From Thermoplasmata archaeon (GTDB taxonomy: Archaea > Thermoplasmatota > E2 > JACPAO01 > JAHFTW01), in assembly GCA_034667725.1 (NCBI GenBank), contig JAXDQS010000010.1:224001-288000 (forward strand): a stretch of 64,000 nucleotides of DNA. Reading direction: 5' to 3'. Every line of letters begins with the position of its first letter. Within the stretch, counting starts at the first letter, position 1. Under the pieces are notes generated by a model that saw only the letters and a program-made list of their open reading frames with translations, was not told where the DNA came from and made no database searches. Below, in pieces: positions 46,021 through 55,138 of this stretch. Both the position numbers and the translations under genes were made by a program.

Positions 46021-46961
46021 GCGCCGAGCCGCCGCCCCTGCCCCAGGTGCCCGCGACCTTGGCGGACCCGCCGCGCGCCGCCTTGGCCGCCCAGCGCGCC
46101 GGCTTGGCGCAAGAGTACCTCGCCCTCAACCGGCGGGTCGAGGCGTTCGTGTCCCGTTGCGCCGACGTCGAGGTGGGCTCGGCGCGGGACGTGGAGTGCA
46201 CCGTGGAGGACGGCGCCATCGCGCAGGCGAAAGCCGGCGTCGCCGCCCGGGCGTGGGCCTTCGTCGCGACGCTGGACGCGGCCTTGCAAGCAGAGCGGGC
46301 CCGCCGGCGCCGGGCGTTGGAGGTCGAGATGGAAGGGCTGCGCACGAGGGGCCTGGCGACGCGCGCGGCGGAGTTCGAGGCCTGGGCCGAGCTGGCAAGC
46401 GACGCCAAGGACGACCTGGCCCGCGACGCGGTCGGCAAGGCCATCCGGTTGACCCTCGCGGCCGCGCAGGCTGGCGCCGCGGCGTTGCCGGCCTTCACGC
46501 CCGCGCAGGCGGCCCGCCTCGAGCTGCTTCTGATGGAGCACGAGGTCGCGGCGCCCGAGACCATCGCCCTCCTCAACGCGGTGGCGGACAACGCGAAGGG
46601 CCGGGAGGCGGTCGCGCGCGCCGCGCAGCAGCTTCTTCCCCAGATGCCCGCGGTGCTGGACAAGCTGCTGGCCAAGCCCTCCTCGCATCCGGGGCTCGAC
46701 GCCTTGCTGGCGCTGGCCCAAGTGGTCGGCGGCATCTGGGGCGGCCCCGCCGCCGCCGTCGTGATGGTGGTCGGCCCGACGGTCGGCGCCTGGCTTCCGG
46801 CCGCCTACGTCCTGGCCGTGGACGCGCCCCGCCTGGCCGCACTTGAGAAGGCGACCGAGGCGGACCTGGGGCGGGTGCGCCGCCACGCGGCCCGCATCGA
46901 GGCGGAGGTCCACGGCCTGCGCGACGCCGAGGCCGCGCTGCACGCGTTGCCGGCGCGCTGA
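46017..46961 (+). CDS. Hypothetical helical protein with a C-proximal hydrophobic hairpin
   Basis: Coiled coils flanking LLALAQVVGGIWGGPAAAVVMVVGPTVGAW. Confidence 0.6.
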   Translation: MSAEPPPLPQVPATLADPPRAALAAQRAGLAQEYLALNRRVEAFVSRCADVEVGSARDVECTVEDGAIAQAKAGVAARAWAFVATLDAALQAERARRRRALEVEMEGLRTRGLATRAAEFEAWAELASDAKDDLARDAVGKAIRLTLAAAQAGAAALPAFTPAQAARLELLLMEHEVAAPETIALLNAVADNAKGREAVARAAQQLLPQMPAVLDKLLAKPSSHPGLDALLALAQVVGGIWGGPAAAVVMVVGPTVGAWLPAAYVLAVDAPRLAALEKATEADLGRVRRHAARIEAEVHGLRDAEAALHALPAR

Positions 46962-46963
46962 CG

Positions 46964-48298
46964 CTAGCCGGCCGGGCGCACCTGGTCGGGGTCGAGCGGC
47001 ACGAAGACCACGGCGGGCCGGCCCCGCCCGCCCGTGGCGGCGGCCAGCAGCCCGGTCGGGACCACGCCGGCCTTGAGCGTGGCGGCGGGGTTCCGCACCG
47101 TGCGCTCCACGGTTCGGCGCAGGCGGGGCGACAGCGGCTCGTCCAGCAAGGGCGAATGGGATTGGTTGTGGCCGACGAAGGCGACGAACAGGCGCACGTC
47201 GCGGACGGGCCGGCCCCAGCGGTTGCGCACGCGGGCCGTGAGGGTGCCGTCCTGGAGGTCGCCGTCCAAGCGGAGGTCGAGGCGCAGCCGGCTTGCCGGC
47301 AGCAGGAAGCGGCCACCCAGCCAGCCGGCCAGCGCCGCCAGGGGCGCGAGGTTGGTGGCATCGGCCCAGTCGCCGCCTCCGACGACGAACAGCGAGCCGT
47401 GCAGGAACAGCTCGTCGGCCTGGATCGGGGCGCGCAACAGCGCCGACACCGCGTCGGAGCCGAGCAGGATGCCGAGGAAGGCCGCGAGCATCGCGGCCAG
47501 CGCGGCGCCGAGGCCCTGCGAGCGGTTGCCGGTCCAGGCGCCGGCGGCGAACGCCGCCAGCAGCAAGGGCCGCGTGTCGGGATACGCCGACGGGGCCAGC
47601 AGCCACGCCCCAAGCGTGTACGCCCCGGCGACGGCCGCGACCCCAAGCAGCGGCCGGAGGAACGGCGCCCGGCTGCGCCCCGCCGGCCAAGCCAAGGCGA
47701 GCGCGGCGGCGGCCAGCACGATGGTGATGCCGCTGACGGCGTAGCCGATGAGGCCGGGCAGCTCGTAGAACGGAGCCTGCCGGAGGACTGCGGCGCGCAG
47801 GTCGTCGGGGCTGCTGGCGAAGCCCGGCGTGAACAGGTCCGTGAGGGTGAACGCCAAGGTCGCGTTGGCGTGGGCGCGGACGCCGGCGGACGGGAAATCC
47901 GAGTTGTCCAGGACGAGGACATAGTCGCCGGCGGGGAGCATGGTGAAGCGCGCGTCCAGGCTGCGCACGTTCAGGTGGCCATCGACCCATGGGACGCTGG
48001 CGCCCGCGCTGAAGTCGGCGAACTGACCCGCGGTGAGCAAGAGCACGTCGATGGGGACGTCCGACACCAGCGTCAGGTCGAACCGCTCGATGCCCTCGGT
48101 CGCGTTGTAGTAGAAGTATTCGAAGAAGTTGTCCGGCAACACGTCGTCGTGCGGCCACTCATGCACCCCCGCCGCGTGCGCGGGCAGGGCGGCCAGCGGC
48201 AGCCCCGCAAGCGGCGCCAGCAGCACGGCGGCCGCGATGGACGCGTGCCAGCGGCGGGGCTTCACGCCGGCCCATCCGCCCGCGGCGTCTTCAACCAT
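46964..48298 (-). CDS. Membrane protein with an N-terminal extracellular beta-sandwich (GOLD-like)
   Basis: Signal peptide; IDVLLLT..QF, GDYVLVLDN; about 5 TM. Confidence 0.65.
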   Translation of the reverse strand: MVEDAAGGWAGVKPRRWHASIAAAVLLAPLAGLPLAALPAHAAGVHEWPHDDVLPDNFFEYFYYNATEGIERFDLTLVSDVPIDVLLLTAGQFADFSAGASVPWVDGHLNVRSLDARFTMLPAGDYVLVLDNSDFPSAGVRAHANATLAFTLTDLFTPGFASSPDDLRAAVLRQAPFYELPGLIGYAVSGITIVLAAAALALAWPAGRSRAPFLRPLLGVAAVAGAYTLGAWLLAPSAYPDTRPLLLAAFAAGAWTGNRSQGLGAALAAMLAAFLGILLGSDAVSALLRAPIQADELFLHGSLFVVGGGDWADATNLAPLAALAGWLGGRFLLPASRLRLDLRLDGDLQDGTLTARVRNRWGRPVRDVRLFVAFVGHNQSHSPLLDEPLSPRLRRTVERTVRNPAATLKAGVVPTGLLAAATGGRGRPAVVFVPLDPDQVRPAG

Positions 48299-49247
48299 TC
48301 CCGCGCAGCACGCACGCCTTGCACGCGGCGCCGCTGGTGGGCTCGCCGCATTCGGGGCAGGACCGCATCGTCTCGCGCGGCAGGGCGGCGGCAAGGATCG
48401 GCTTGAGGCGCTCCTGCGCCTTGACGAGGGCGTGCCTTGTGCCTGGCGTGCGCTCCTCCAACCCGGCCAGCACGTCGCGCAACGCGAACCGGCCGCTGCG
48501 CACGGCGTACGGACACTCGGCCTCGTGGTGCAGTGGCAGCCCGTGCAGCACCGCGTACAGCAGCACCTCCTTCTCCGGGATGGTCCGGAACGGCATCAGG
48601 CGCGGCACCAGCCCCTCCACCGGGTCGCGGGGGTCGTGCGGCGCCAGCCGGGCCAGCCGCTCCAGGTCGCCCTTGAGGTGGTTCATCAGGATGGTCTGCG
48701 CCTGGTCGTCGAGGTTGTGGCCCGTCACGATGGCCGTGCAGCCCAGGTCGCGGGCGAGGCGGTTCATCCCAAGCCGCCGGTACACGCCGCACGGCCCGCA
48801 CGCCGGCCGCGGCACGCCCGCCTTGGCTTCGCCGGCGGGGCCATCGGTGCCGGCCGCGTAGCCGTCGATGTCGTAGCCGGCCAGGTCGCGGACCTTGACG
48901 ACGTGCCACGGCACGTCGAGGTCGCGCGTCACCTGCCGGCAGATCTCCAGCGCGCCGTCGCGGTAATTGGCGATGCCCTCGTCCACCGACACGGCGGCCA
49001 ATTCGATGCGCGGGTGGTCCTTGGTCAGATGGCGCAGGAAATGCAGCGCGCTCACCGAGTCCTTGCCGCCCGACAACGCGACGGCGATGCGGCCTTCGGG
49101 CAGGCGGCCCTGGCGGGACAACTCCAGCTTGGCGCGGCGGCCGAACCCCTCCAGGAAGTGCCGGTCGCACAACGACGTGCCGGCGTAGCGCAGGCGGACG
49201 ACGGCGGGCCGGTCGCACTTGGCGCAGCCGGCCGGCGCCGGCGCCAT
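48291..49247 (-). CDS. ttuA: tRNA 2-thiolation protein TtuA/Ncs6 (TIGR00269-like)
   Basis: CAKC..C..HF, SGGKDS, CGPCGVYRR, GHNLDD, CPY, CPECG..CKAC. Confidence 0.9.
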   Translation of the reverse strand: MAPAPAGCAKCDRPAVVRLRYAGTSLCDRHFLEGFGRRAKLELSRQGRLPEGRIAVALSGGKDSVSALHFLRHLTKDHPRIELAAVSVDEGIANYRDGALEICRQVTRDLDVPWHVVKVRDLAGYDIDGYAAGTDGPAGEAKAGVPRPACGPCGVYRRLGMNRLARDLGCTAIVTGHNLDDQAQTILMNHLKGDLERLARLAPHDPRDPVEGLVPRLMPFRTIPEKEVLLYAVLHGLPLHHEAECPYAVRSGRFALRDVLAGLEERTPGTRHALVKAQERLKPILAAALPRETMRSCPECGEPTSGAACKACVLRGNG

Positions 49248-49615
49248 CAAAGTTCCCGCGCCGTCTCGTGGGCGTGCGGCCGCGGCTTGGTCACGAGGTA
49301 CAGCTCGCGCGCCACCAGGATCGCCATCACGTACGCCAAGATGGCGGCGCCGATGCGCAGGTAGATGGCCCAGGCTTGCGCCGACAGCGGCCAGCGGGCA
49401 AGCTGCTCCAGGTCGCCGGTCAGCCACGAAGCCGCCAGCACGCCGAGGTAGTACACGAAGATGGCCCACGCCATGAAGCGCAGGTTGCGCGCCGCGCGCC
49501 GCAGGTGCCCGAACGCCTCGCGCTGGAAGCTGCGCACCTGCCGGTCGACGACGAACGCCAGCGCCAACGGCGCGGCGGCGACCACCGATGCCACCGCCGC
49601 CAGGACCAGCTGCAT
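49247..49615 (-). CDS. Small 3-TM hypothetical protein
   Basis: Three hydrophobic helices; coupled to both neighbours. Confidence 0.7.
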   Translation of the reverse strand: MQLVLAAVASVVAAAPLALAFVVDRQVRSFQREAFGHLRRAARNLRFMAWAIFVYYLGVLAASWLTGDLEQLARWPLSAQAWAIYLRIGAAILAYVMAILVARELYLVTKPRPHAHETAREL

Positions 49616-49617
49616 CC

Positions 49618-50607
49618 CTAGAGCAGGCCCGCCTTCTGCAGCGTCAGCAGGTCCTCGGTGGAGAGCTTCTCGCCCTTCTTGAAGCGCTGGAACACCATCT
49701 CCGCCGCCGCCTCGTTCTTGGCCTGGGTGGCCGCCGAGGGCTGCCCGCCGCCGTGCTGGCCGGTGGCGTCCTCGATCTCGTGGATGGCGTTGACGAACTG
49801 GATGTACGTCTTGTGAATCTCGTCCGCCTCCATCTTGGCGACGACGAACTTCTCCTGGAGCTTGTCCGCCTTCTTGCGGAGCTTGTCGGACTCCTTGTAG
49901 AGCTTGATCATGGCGTCGTGCTCCGACTGGGCCTTCTCCGCCATCTCGCCGACCTTGGCGTGCGCCTTCTCGGCCTTCTCCTTGAGCTCCTCCGCCTTCT
50001 CCAGGCTGGCCTTCAGCTCGGGGTCGGCGCGCAGCAGCTTCTCCTTCTCGCGGATGAGCTTGCCGATCTCCTTGAGGCGCTCCATCAGCGCCTTCTCCTT
50101 GGCGACCGTCAGCACCGAGGTCATCTGCTGGAACTCGAGCTGCTTGGCCTCCTTCTTGAGCTTCGCGACCGTCAGGGTGGCGTCGCCCTCGGGCATCCGG
50201 GTGCGCCGCAGCACCTCCGCGGACTTCTGCGCCTCGTCGGCCGCCCGGTTGGCCTCGTCCCGCAGCTCCTTCGAGCGCTTGACGCCCTCGTTCATCTCGT
50301 CGCGGCGCTTCTTGTGCTCGTTGGCCTGGTTCACGAGCCCGCGGACCTCTGCGTTGTAGGTGTCGCGCTCCTCGGCGTGCTTGCGCGCCTCGTCGTTGAG
50401 GCGGTCGCGCTCGCGCCGGAGCATGTTGGCGCGGCTCTGGAGGTCCTCCTTCTTCATGCCGGGCTTGGGCCCGTTGGGGTTCGGCTTGGGAGGCTCGGGG
50501 GTCGCCTCGACGGGGGCGGCCGCGGTCTCGGTCTCAGGGGCTTCGGGCGCGGGGGGCGACTCGGGCGCCGGCGGCGCCGCCGAGGCCACATCGGTGGTCT
50601 CACTCAT
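49618..50607 (-). CDS. Archaeal long coiled-coil protein (COG1340-like)
   Basis: Repeated RD.LN heptads, LEFQQMTSVLT..KE, FKKGEKLSTEDLL; GGTGA SD. Confidence 0.88.
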   Translation of the reverse strand: MSETTDVASAAPPAPESPPAPEAPETETAAAPVEATPEPPKPNPNGPKPGMKKEDLQSRANMLRRERDRLNDEARKHAEERDTYNAEVRGLVNQANEHKKRRDEMNEGVKRSKELRDEANRAADEAQKSAEVLRRTRMPEGDATLTVAKLKKEAKQLEFQQMTSVLTVAKEKALMERLKEIGKLIREKEKLLRADPELKASLEKAEELKEKAEKAHAKVGEMAEKAQSEHDAMIKLYKESDKLRKKADKLQEKFVVAKMEADEIHKTYIQFVNAIHEIEDATGQHGGGQPSAATQAKNEAAAEMVFQRFKKGEKLSTEDLLTLQKAGLL

Positions 50608-50754
50608 GGTCCAGTCACCAGGATGGGCGTTCGCACAAGGGCCCCCTAGATAACGGGTGCGGCTGAGGAGGGCACCATAATCCCCGCGCCCTAACGGTGC
50701 ATGAGGGGACAGAAGGAGGATGTAGGCGGCAAAAAGGTGGCCAAAATGTGCTAC

Positions 50755-50846
50755 GGTGCCGCCGATTCCCACAGAACTCTGTGGAATTTTGGCTAGGCCT
50801 GCCAAATCAATGTCGAGGTCTGTGGAATCTGTGTCCAGTCGGCGGT
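50755..50846. promoter_or_regulatory. AT-richer intergenic block with repeated TCTGTGGAA boxes and dyads
   Basis: TCTGTGGAAT at 50778 and 50819; inverted TTCCCACAGA at 50766. Confidence 0.4.
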
Positions 50847-51123
50847 GCGCGACGGGCCAGCGGCTCCAGGCGACCTGCACGGCCTTCGGTCCAACCCCCC
50901 TCGTGCCGCGCCACCGTCTCCGCGTACAGCTCCAGCTGCCGCAACAGCCGCCCGGCCGTGCCATGCGACAGGCCGCCCCGTTCGCGCCCCGCCCCCCCAA
51001 CCTCGCGCGTGGCCCCAGCAACGGGAACCCCAAGCCCAAGGCCGAAAGTCGTAGCCGGCCCGCTGTCCGCCCAGGACGCCGCCTGCAATGCTTTATTTGC
51101 AGGACAGGGTGGTGACGCCCAGA

Positions 51124-53157
51124 ATGACATCGTCTGCCGCCTGGGCCGCCTTCGGCGTCCTGGCCGCCCTTGCCGCCACCGGCATCGTCCTGTTGGCGAC
51201 CCCCGCCGAGGCCGCGGTCATCCTGGAGCCGGCCGGCCCGCTGGAGCAAATCCACATCTCGCGCTCCAAGACGCTCGACTGCCAGGTGATGTACATCGGC
51301 ACGGTGTACAGCTTCCCCGGCAGCGAGGCGGACGGCGAGTTCTGGGGCGTCGGCTCGGGCTCGTGCGGCACTTTCCTGCACGTGGTGGGCGACCAGACCT
51401 ACGGCCCGCCGGTCGAAGGCTACGGCCCGCCCTACATGGCGGGCGGCATCCCGCCCACGCCCTACACGCCCGTCAGCCAGGTCGGCCCCACCGGCACCGG
51501 CACCGTCGCGGACCCGTGGACCATCGACACGGTGGCGCGCGCCGTCGGCCCCGGCACCTTGGTCGAGCTGCACCAGGTGGACGAGTACGTCAAGGGCGAC
51601 GAGTACTACACCACCACCGTCACCGTCAGCAACCTCGGCGCCGCCGCGGTGGACCTCATCCTCTACCGCGCCGGCGACTGCTACCTCACCACCACGAGCG
51701 CGGACCCCGACTCGGGCTACGGCTACCTCGACGTCGCCAACCACACCGTGGCCTGCACCGAGACGCCCGGCGGCGCCACCGGCCGCATCATCGAGTGGGT
51801 GCCCCTCACGCCCGGCGCGCACGCCGAGCACAACGAGTGGGACGACATCTGGATGCGCCCGATGTACGGCGACGAGATGGCCGACACCTGCCTGTGCGCC
51901 ACGTTCCTCGACAACGGCGCCGGCCTGAGCTGGGCGTTCAGCCTCGGCGTGGGCCAGGACAAGACCTACGCCAACAACAACGTGTTCTCGCCGACCGGCG
52001 TCCCGCCGCCCCCCGACCCGGACGTCCCGCCCGTCGCCCGCGCCACCGCCGCCCCCGGCGAGCGCACCTGCTTCTCGGCGCCGTTCTTCTTCAGCGGCAC
52101 GGCCTCCACCGACTCCGACGGCACCATCGTCTCCTACCTGTGGGACTTCGGCGACGGCTCCCCCGTCGGCGCGGGCGCCACCACCAGCCACGACTACCCC
52201 GCCGCCGGCACCTACACCGTGCGCCTCACGGTGACCGACGACGACAAGCTTGCGCACACGGTCACCTTCACCATCACGAGCCTCGGCGACACCGACTGCC
52301 CGTTCACGCTGCGGGTGTTCGACTCGACGGTGCGCGAGGGCGCCCTGCTGCGCTTCTGCATCCAGGCCGAGGACCTCGACGGCGGCGCGTTCACCTACGC
52401 CGCGACCTACCCCGGCGGCCTGCCGGCCGGCCTCGAGTTCGATGTCGCCGGCTGCCTCGACTGGACCCCCGCCCAAGGCCAGGCCGGCAAGTACGACTGC
52501 CTCACCTTCACGGCCATGCAGGGCGGCGGCCCCACCGGGGCGCCGTTCCAGACCGCCACCGACTGCGCCACCATCACCGTCGTGGCCGTCCCGCCCGTCC
52601 AGGCGACCGACGACACCGACATGGACGGGGTCGCCGACGAGGCCGACAACTGCCCGTCGCACGTCAACCGCGACCAGGCCGACAGCGACCGCGACGGCCC
52701 CGGCGACGCCTGCGACCCCGTGGCGCCGCAGGCCCGCGACCCCAGCGTCCCGACGCGCAACCTCGCCGGCCCCGGCGACCAGGACGGCGACCGCGTCGCC
52801 GACCGCCTCGACAACTGCCCGGAGCGCCCGAACGCCTCGCAGGACGACCGCGACCGCGACGGCCTCGGCGACGGCTGCGACCCCGACGAGGACGGCGACG
52901 GCATCATCGTCGGCGGCCCCTTCACCGACAACTGCCCGCTCGCGGCGAACCGCGACCAGGCCGACGCCGACCGCGACGGCGTCGGCGACGCCTGCGACCT
53001 GGCCGGCGTGACGGCCGCGTTCGTGCCCGCGCGCGGCAACGAGCCCGCCCTGCACTCCGCCCGCGCCGGCCCCTCCGTGTGGCCGTGGGTCGCGGCGGCG
53101 GCGCTGGGCGCGCTGGCCGCGGCGGCCTTGGTGGCGGTCGTGCGCCGGCGGGCCTAG
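51124..53157 (+). CDS. Surface protein: head domain + PKD + Ig + TSP3 repeats + TM
   Basis: Signal peptide ending AEA; WDFGDG; DNCP repeats; TM then RRR. Confidence 0.88.
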   Translation: MTSSAAWAAFGVLAALAATGIVLLATPAEAAVILEPAGPLEQIHISRSKTLDCQVMYIGTVYSFPGSEADGEFWGVGSGSCGTFLHVVGDQTYGPPVEGYGPPYMAGGIPPTPYTPVSQVGPTGTGTVADPWTIDTVARAVGPGTLVELHQVDEYVKGDEYYTTTVTVSNLGAAAVDLILYRAGDCYLTTTSADPDSGYGYLDVANHTVACTETPGGATGRIIEWVPLTPGAHAEHNEWDDIWMRPMYGDEMADTCLCATFLDNGAGLSWAFSLGVGQDKTYANNNVFSPTGVPPPPDPDVPPVARATAAPGERTCFSAPFFFSGTASTDSDGTIVSYLWDFGDGSPVGAGATTSHDYPAAGTYTVRLTVTDDDKLAHTVTFTITSLGDTDCPFTLRVFDSTVREGALLRFCIQAEDLDGGAFTYAATYPGGLPAGLEFDVAGCLDWTPAQGQAGKYDCLTFTAMQGGGPTGAPFQTATDCATITVVAVPPVQATDDTDMDGVADEADNCPSHVNRDQADSDRDGPGDACDPVAPQARDPSVPTRNLAGPGDQDGDRVADRLDNCPERPNASQDDRDRDGLGDGCDPDEDGDGIIVGGPFTDNCPLAANRDQADADRDGVGDACDLAGVTAAFVPARGNEPALHSARAGPSVWPWVAAAALGALAAAALVAVVRRRA

Positions 53158-53210
53158 GCCGGCAGCCCCCGGCGACAACCGTTAAGGGCGAAGGCCGCCG
53201 TCGGCCGCAT

Positions 53211-55061
53211 ATGCGCCTTGGCGCCATCCTTCCCGTCGCCCTCCTGGGCCTTGCCCTTCTCGCCGGCTGCACGCAGCCCGAAGCCGAGCCGCCCGTCGCC
53301 CAGGACGAGCCCCGCCTGGTGCCCGTCGCCGAGCGCAACGGCCTGCCGTACAACGTCACCGGCTACTACTCGCGCACCTTGGTGGACGGCGTCCTCGGGA
53401 TGCTGCCCGTGGAGTCGGTGTTCGTCGACGTCGAGCTGCCCGCCACCGAGGGCGGCGCCGCCTTGATGGGCGGGGCCCGCGTCCACATGGGCCTGTGGCG
53501 CCCGAACGTGCCCGCCGGTACCAAGGTCCCCGTCATCGCGGACATCGGCCCGTACTACGGCGACTCCGACGACCCCGCCGTGAGTCCGGCGCACCGCCTG
53601 GGCGGCTTCCTGATCGAGAACTTCGTCCCGCACGGCTACGCGGTGGCCCAAGTGTCGGTGTTCGGCTCCGGCCTCTCCAACCACTGCATGGACCTCATGG
53701 GCAACGCCGAGCAGCTCGGCATCGACGCCGCCGTCACCTGGCTCGGCACCCAGGAGTGGTCCAACGGCAAGGTCGGCCTCGTCGGCCGCAGCTACGACGG
53801 CTCCACCCCATGGGAGGCCGCCACCTTCGGCAACGAGCACCTGGCCACCATCGTCCCGATCTCCGGCCTCATCGGCATGCACGACCTGATGTGGCGCAAC
53901 GGCAGCGCCGAGACCCGCGGCCCCATCATGCACAACGTCGTCTACGGCACCTTCGGCATCGACACGCCCGACCCCACCGGCCCCGAGGGCCCGCAGGTGG
54001 ACGACGGCGAGATGGTGGAGAACCTCCAGACCCTCTGCCCCGACTACGTCGCCGGCCTGCCCGAGGGCGCTGGCGCCACCGTCACCGGCGACCAGGTCGT
54101 CCCCGCCGTCAACCCGTACTGGGCCGAGCGCAGCTTCCTGCCGCGCGCCCTTGCCAACTACAAGGGCTCGGTGTACCTCATCCACGGCCTGCAGGACTGG
54201 AACGTCGACCCGCACATGGCGTTCCCGACCTACCAGAAGCTAGAGGCCGCCGGCCTGGAGGTCAAGGGGCTGTTCGGCCAATGGAACCACATGTACCCCG
54301 ACCGCCCCAGCGAGCACGTCAGCACCCCTGACGGCGAGGGCCACGAGGCCTACCCCGCCTCGGTGCGCTACGACTGGGCCCAGGACCTGCTGGAGTGGTT
54401 CGACCACTACCTCATGGGCGACCCGCTGGCGCCTGCCCTCCACGCCGAGGTGCAGGACAACCACGGCGCCTGGCGCGTCGAGGCCACCTACCCGCCCGCC
54501 GACGCCACCCCGCTGGCCATCGGCCTCGACGCCGCGACCAGTGTTGCGCCCAATGGCGCCGCCGCCCCCGCCGGCCAGCCCATCGTCAGCCCGAACGACG
54601 GCATGGCCCTCGCGTTCGCGCCGCTTGCCGCCGACACCCGCATCGCCGGCCTGCCCACCTTGCACGTCCAGGTCACACCCACCGGCCCCGGCGGCCAAAT
54701 CTACGCCGAGCTGACCGACGTGGCGCCCGACGGCAAGACGCTGCGCCTCGGCCACGCCATCATGGATCTTCGGTTCGCCGCCGGCGGCACCGAGGCCCAG
54801 CCCGTCACCCCCGGCATGCCGCTCGTGGCCCGCATGGAGTTCGAGGCGTTCGACGCCGTCGTGCCCGCCGGCCACAGCCTCCGCCTGGAGCTGGCCGGCT
54901 TCGGCCGCGACTACCTGCCGAGCGCGGTGTCGGCGCCGGTGCTGGTGGACCTGTCGGCCGCCAGCGTGCTGACCCTGCCCACCATCGAGCGCGGCGCGGA
55001 GGCGTTCTTCACGCCGCCGGCGTGGTCGGGCGAGGCCGAGGCGACCGCGCAGGAACCGTAG
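53211..55061 (+). CDS. Lipoprotein, peptidase S15/CocE-NonD family (X-Pro dipeptidyl-peptidase-like)
   Basis: Lipobox LLAGC; GRSYDG nucleophile motif; HGLQDWNV; QWNH. Confidence 0.9.
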   Translation: MRLGAILPVALLGLALLAGCTQPEAEPPVAQDEPRLVPVAERNGLPYNVTGYYSRTLVDGVLGMLPVESVFVDVELPATEGGAALMGGARVHMGLWRPNVPAGTKVPVIADIGPYYGDSDDPAVSPAHRLGGFLIENFVPHGYAVAQVSVFGSGLSNHCMDLMGNAEQLGIDAAVTWLGTQEWSNGKVGLVGRSYDGSTPWEAATFGNEHLATIVPISGLIGMHDLMWRNGSAETRGPIMHNVVYGTFGIDTPDPTGPEGPQVDDGEMVENLQTLCPDYVAGLPEGAGATVTGDQVVPAVNPYWAERSFLPRALANYKGSVYLIHGLQDWNVDPHMAFPTYQKLEAAGLEVKGLFGQWNHMYPDRPSEHVSTPDGEGHEAYPASVRYDWAQDLLEWFDHYLMGDPLAPALHAEVQDNHGAWRVEATYPPADATPLAIGLDAATSVAPNGAAAPAGQPIVSPNDGMALAFAPLAADTRIAGLPTLHVQVTPTGPGGQIYAELTDVAPDGKTLRLGHAIMDLRFAAGGTEAQPVTPGMPLVARMEFEAFDAVVPAGHSLRLELAGFGRDYLPSAVSAPVLVDLSAASVLTLPTIERGAEAFFTPPAWSGEAEATAQEP

Positions 55062-55138
55062 CAAAAGGCAACGTTCTCGCAGGGTGCGCCGTCGCCTGCC
55101 TGCCAAGGTTCAAGAGCCGGAATCAAAATCCGGGGCTG

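Noticed and set aside
50620-50720. Riboswitch, tRNA or SRP RNA in the large intergenic gap
   Set aside because: No recognisable consensus; a covariance-model search would be needed
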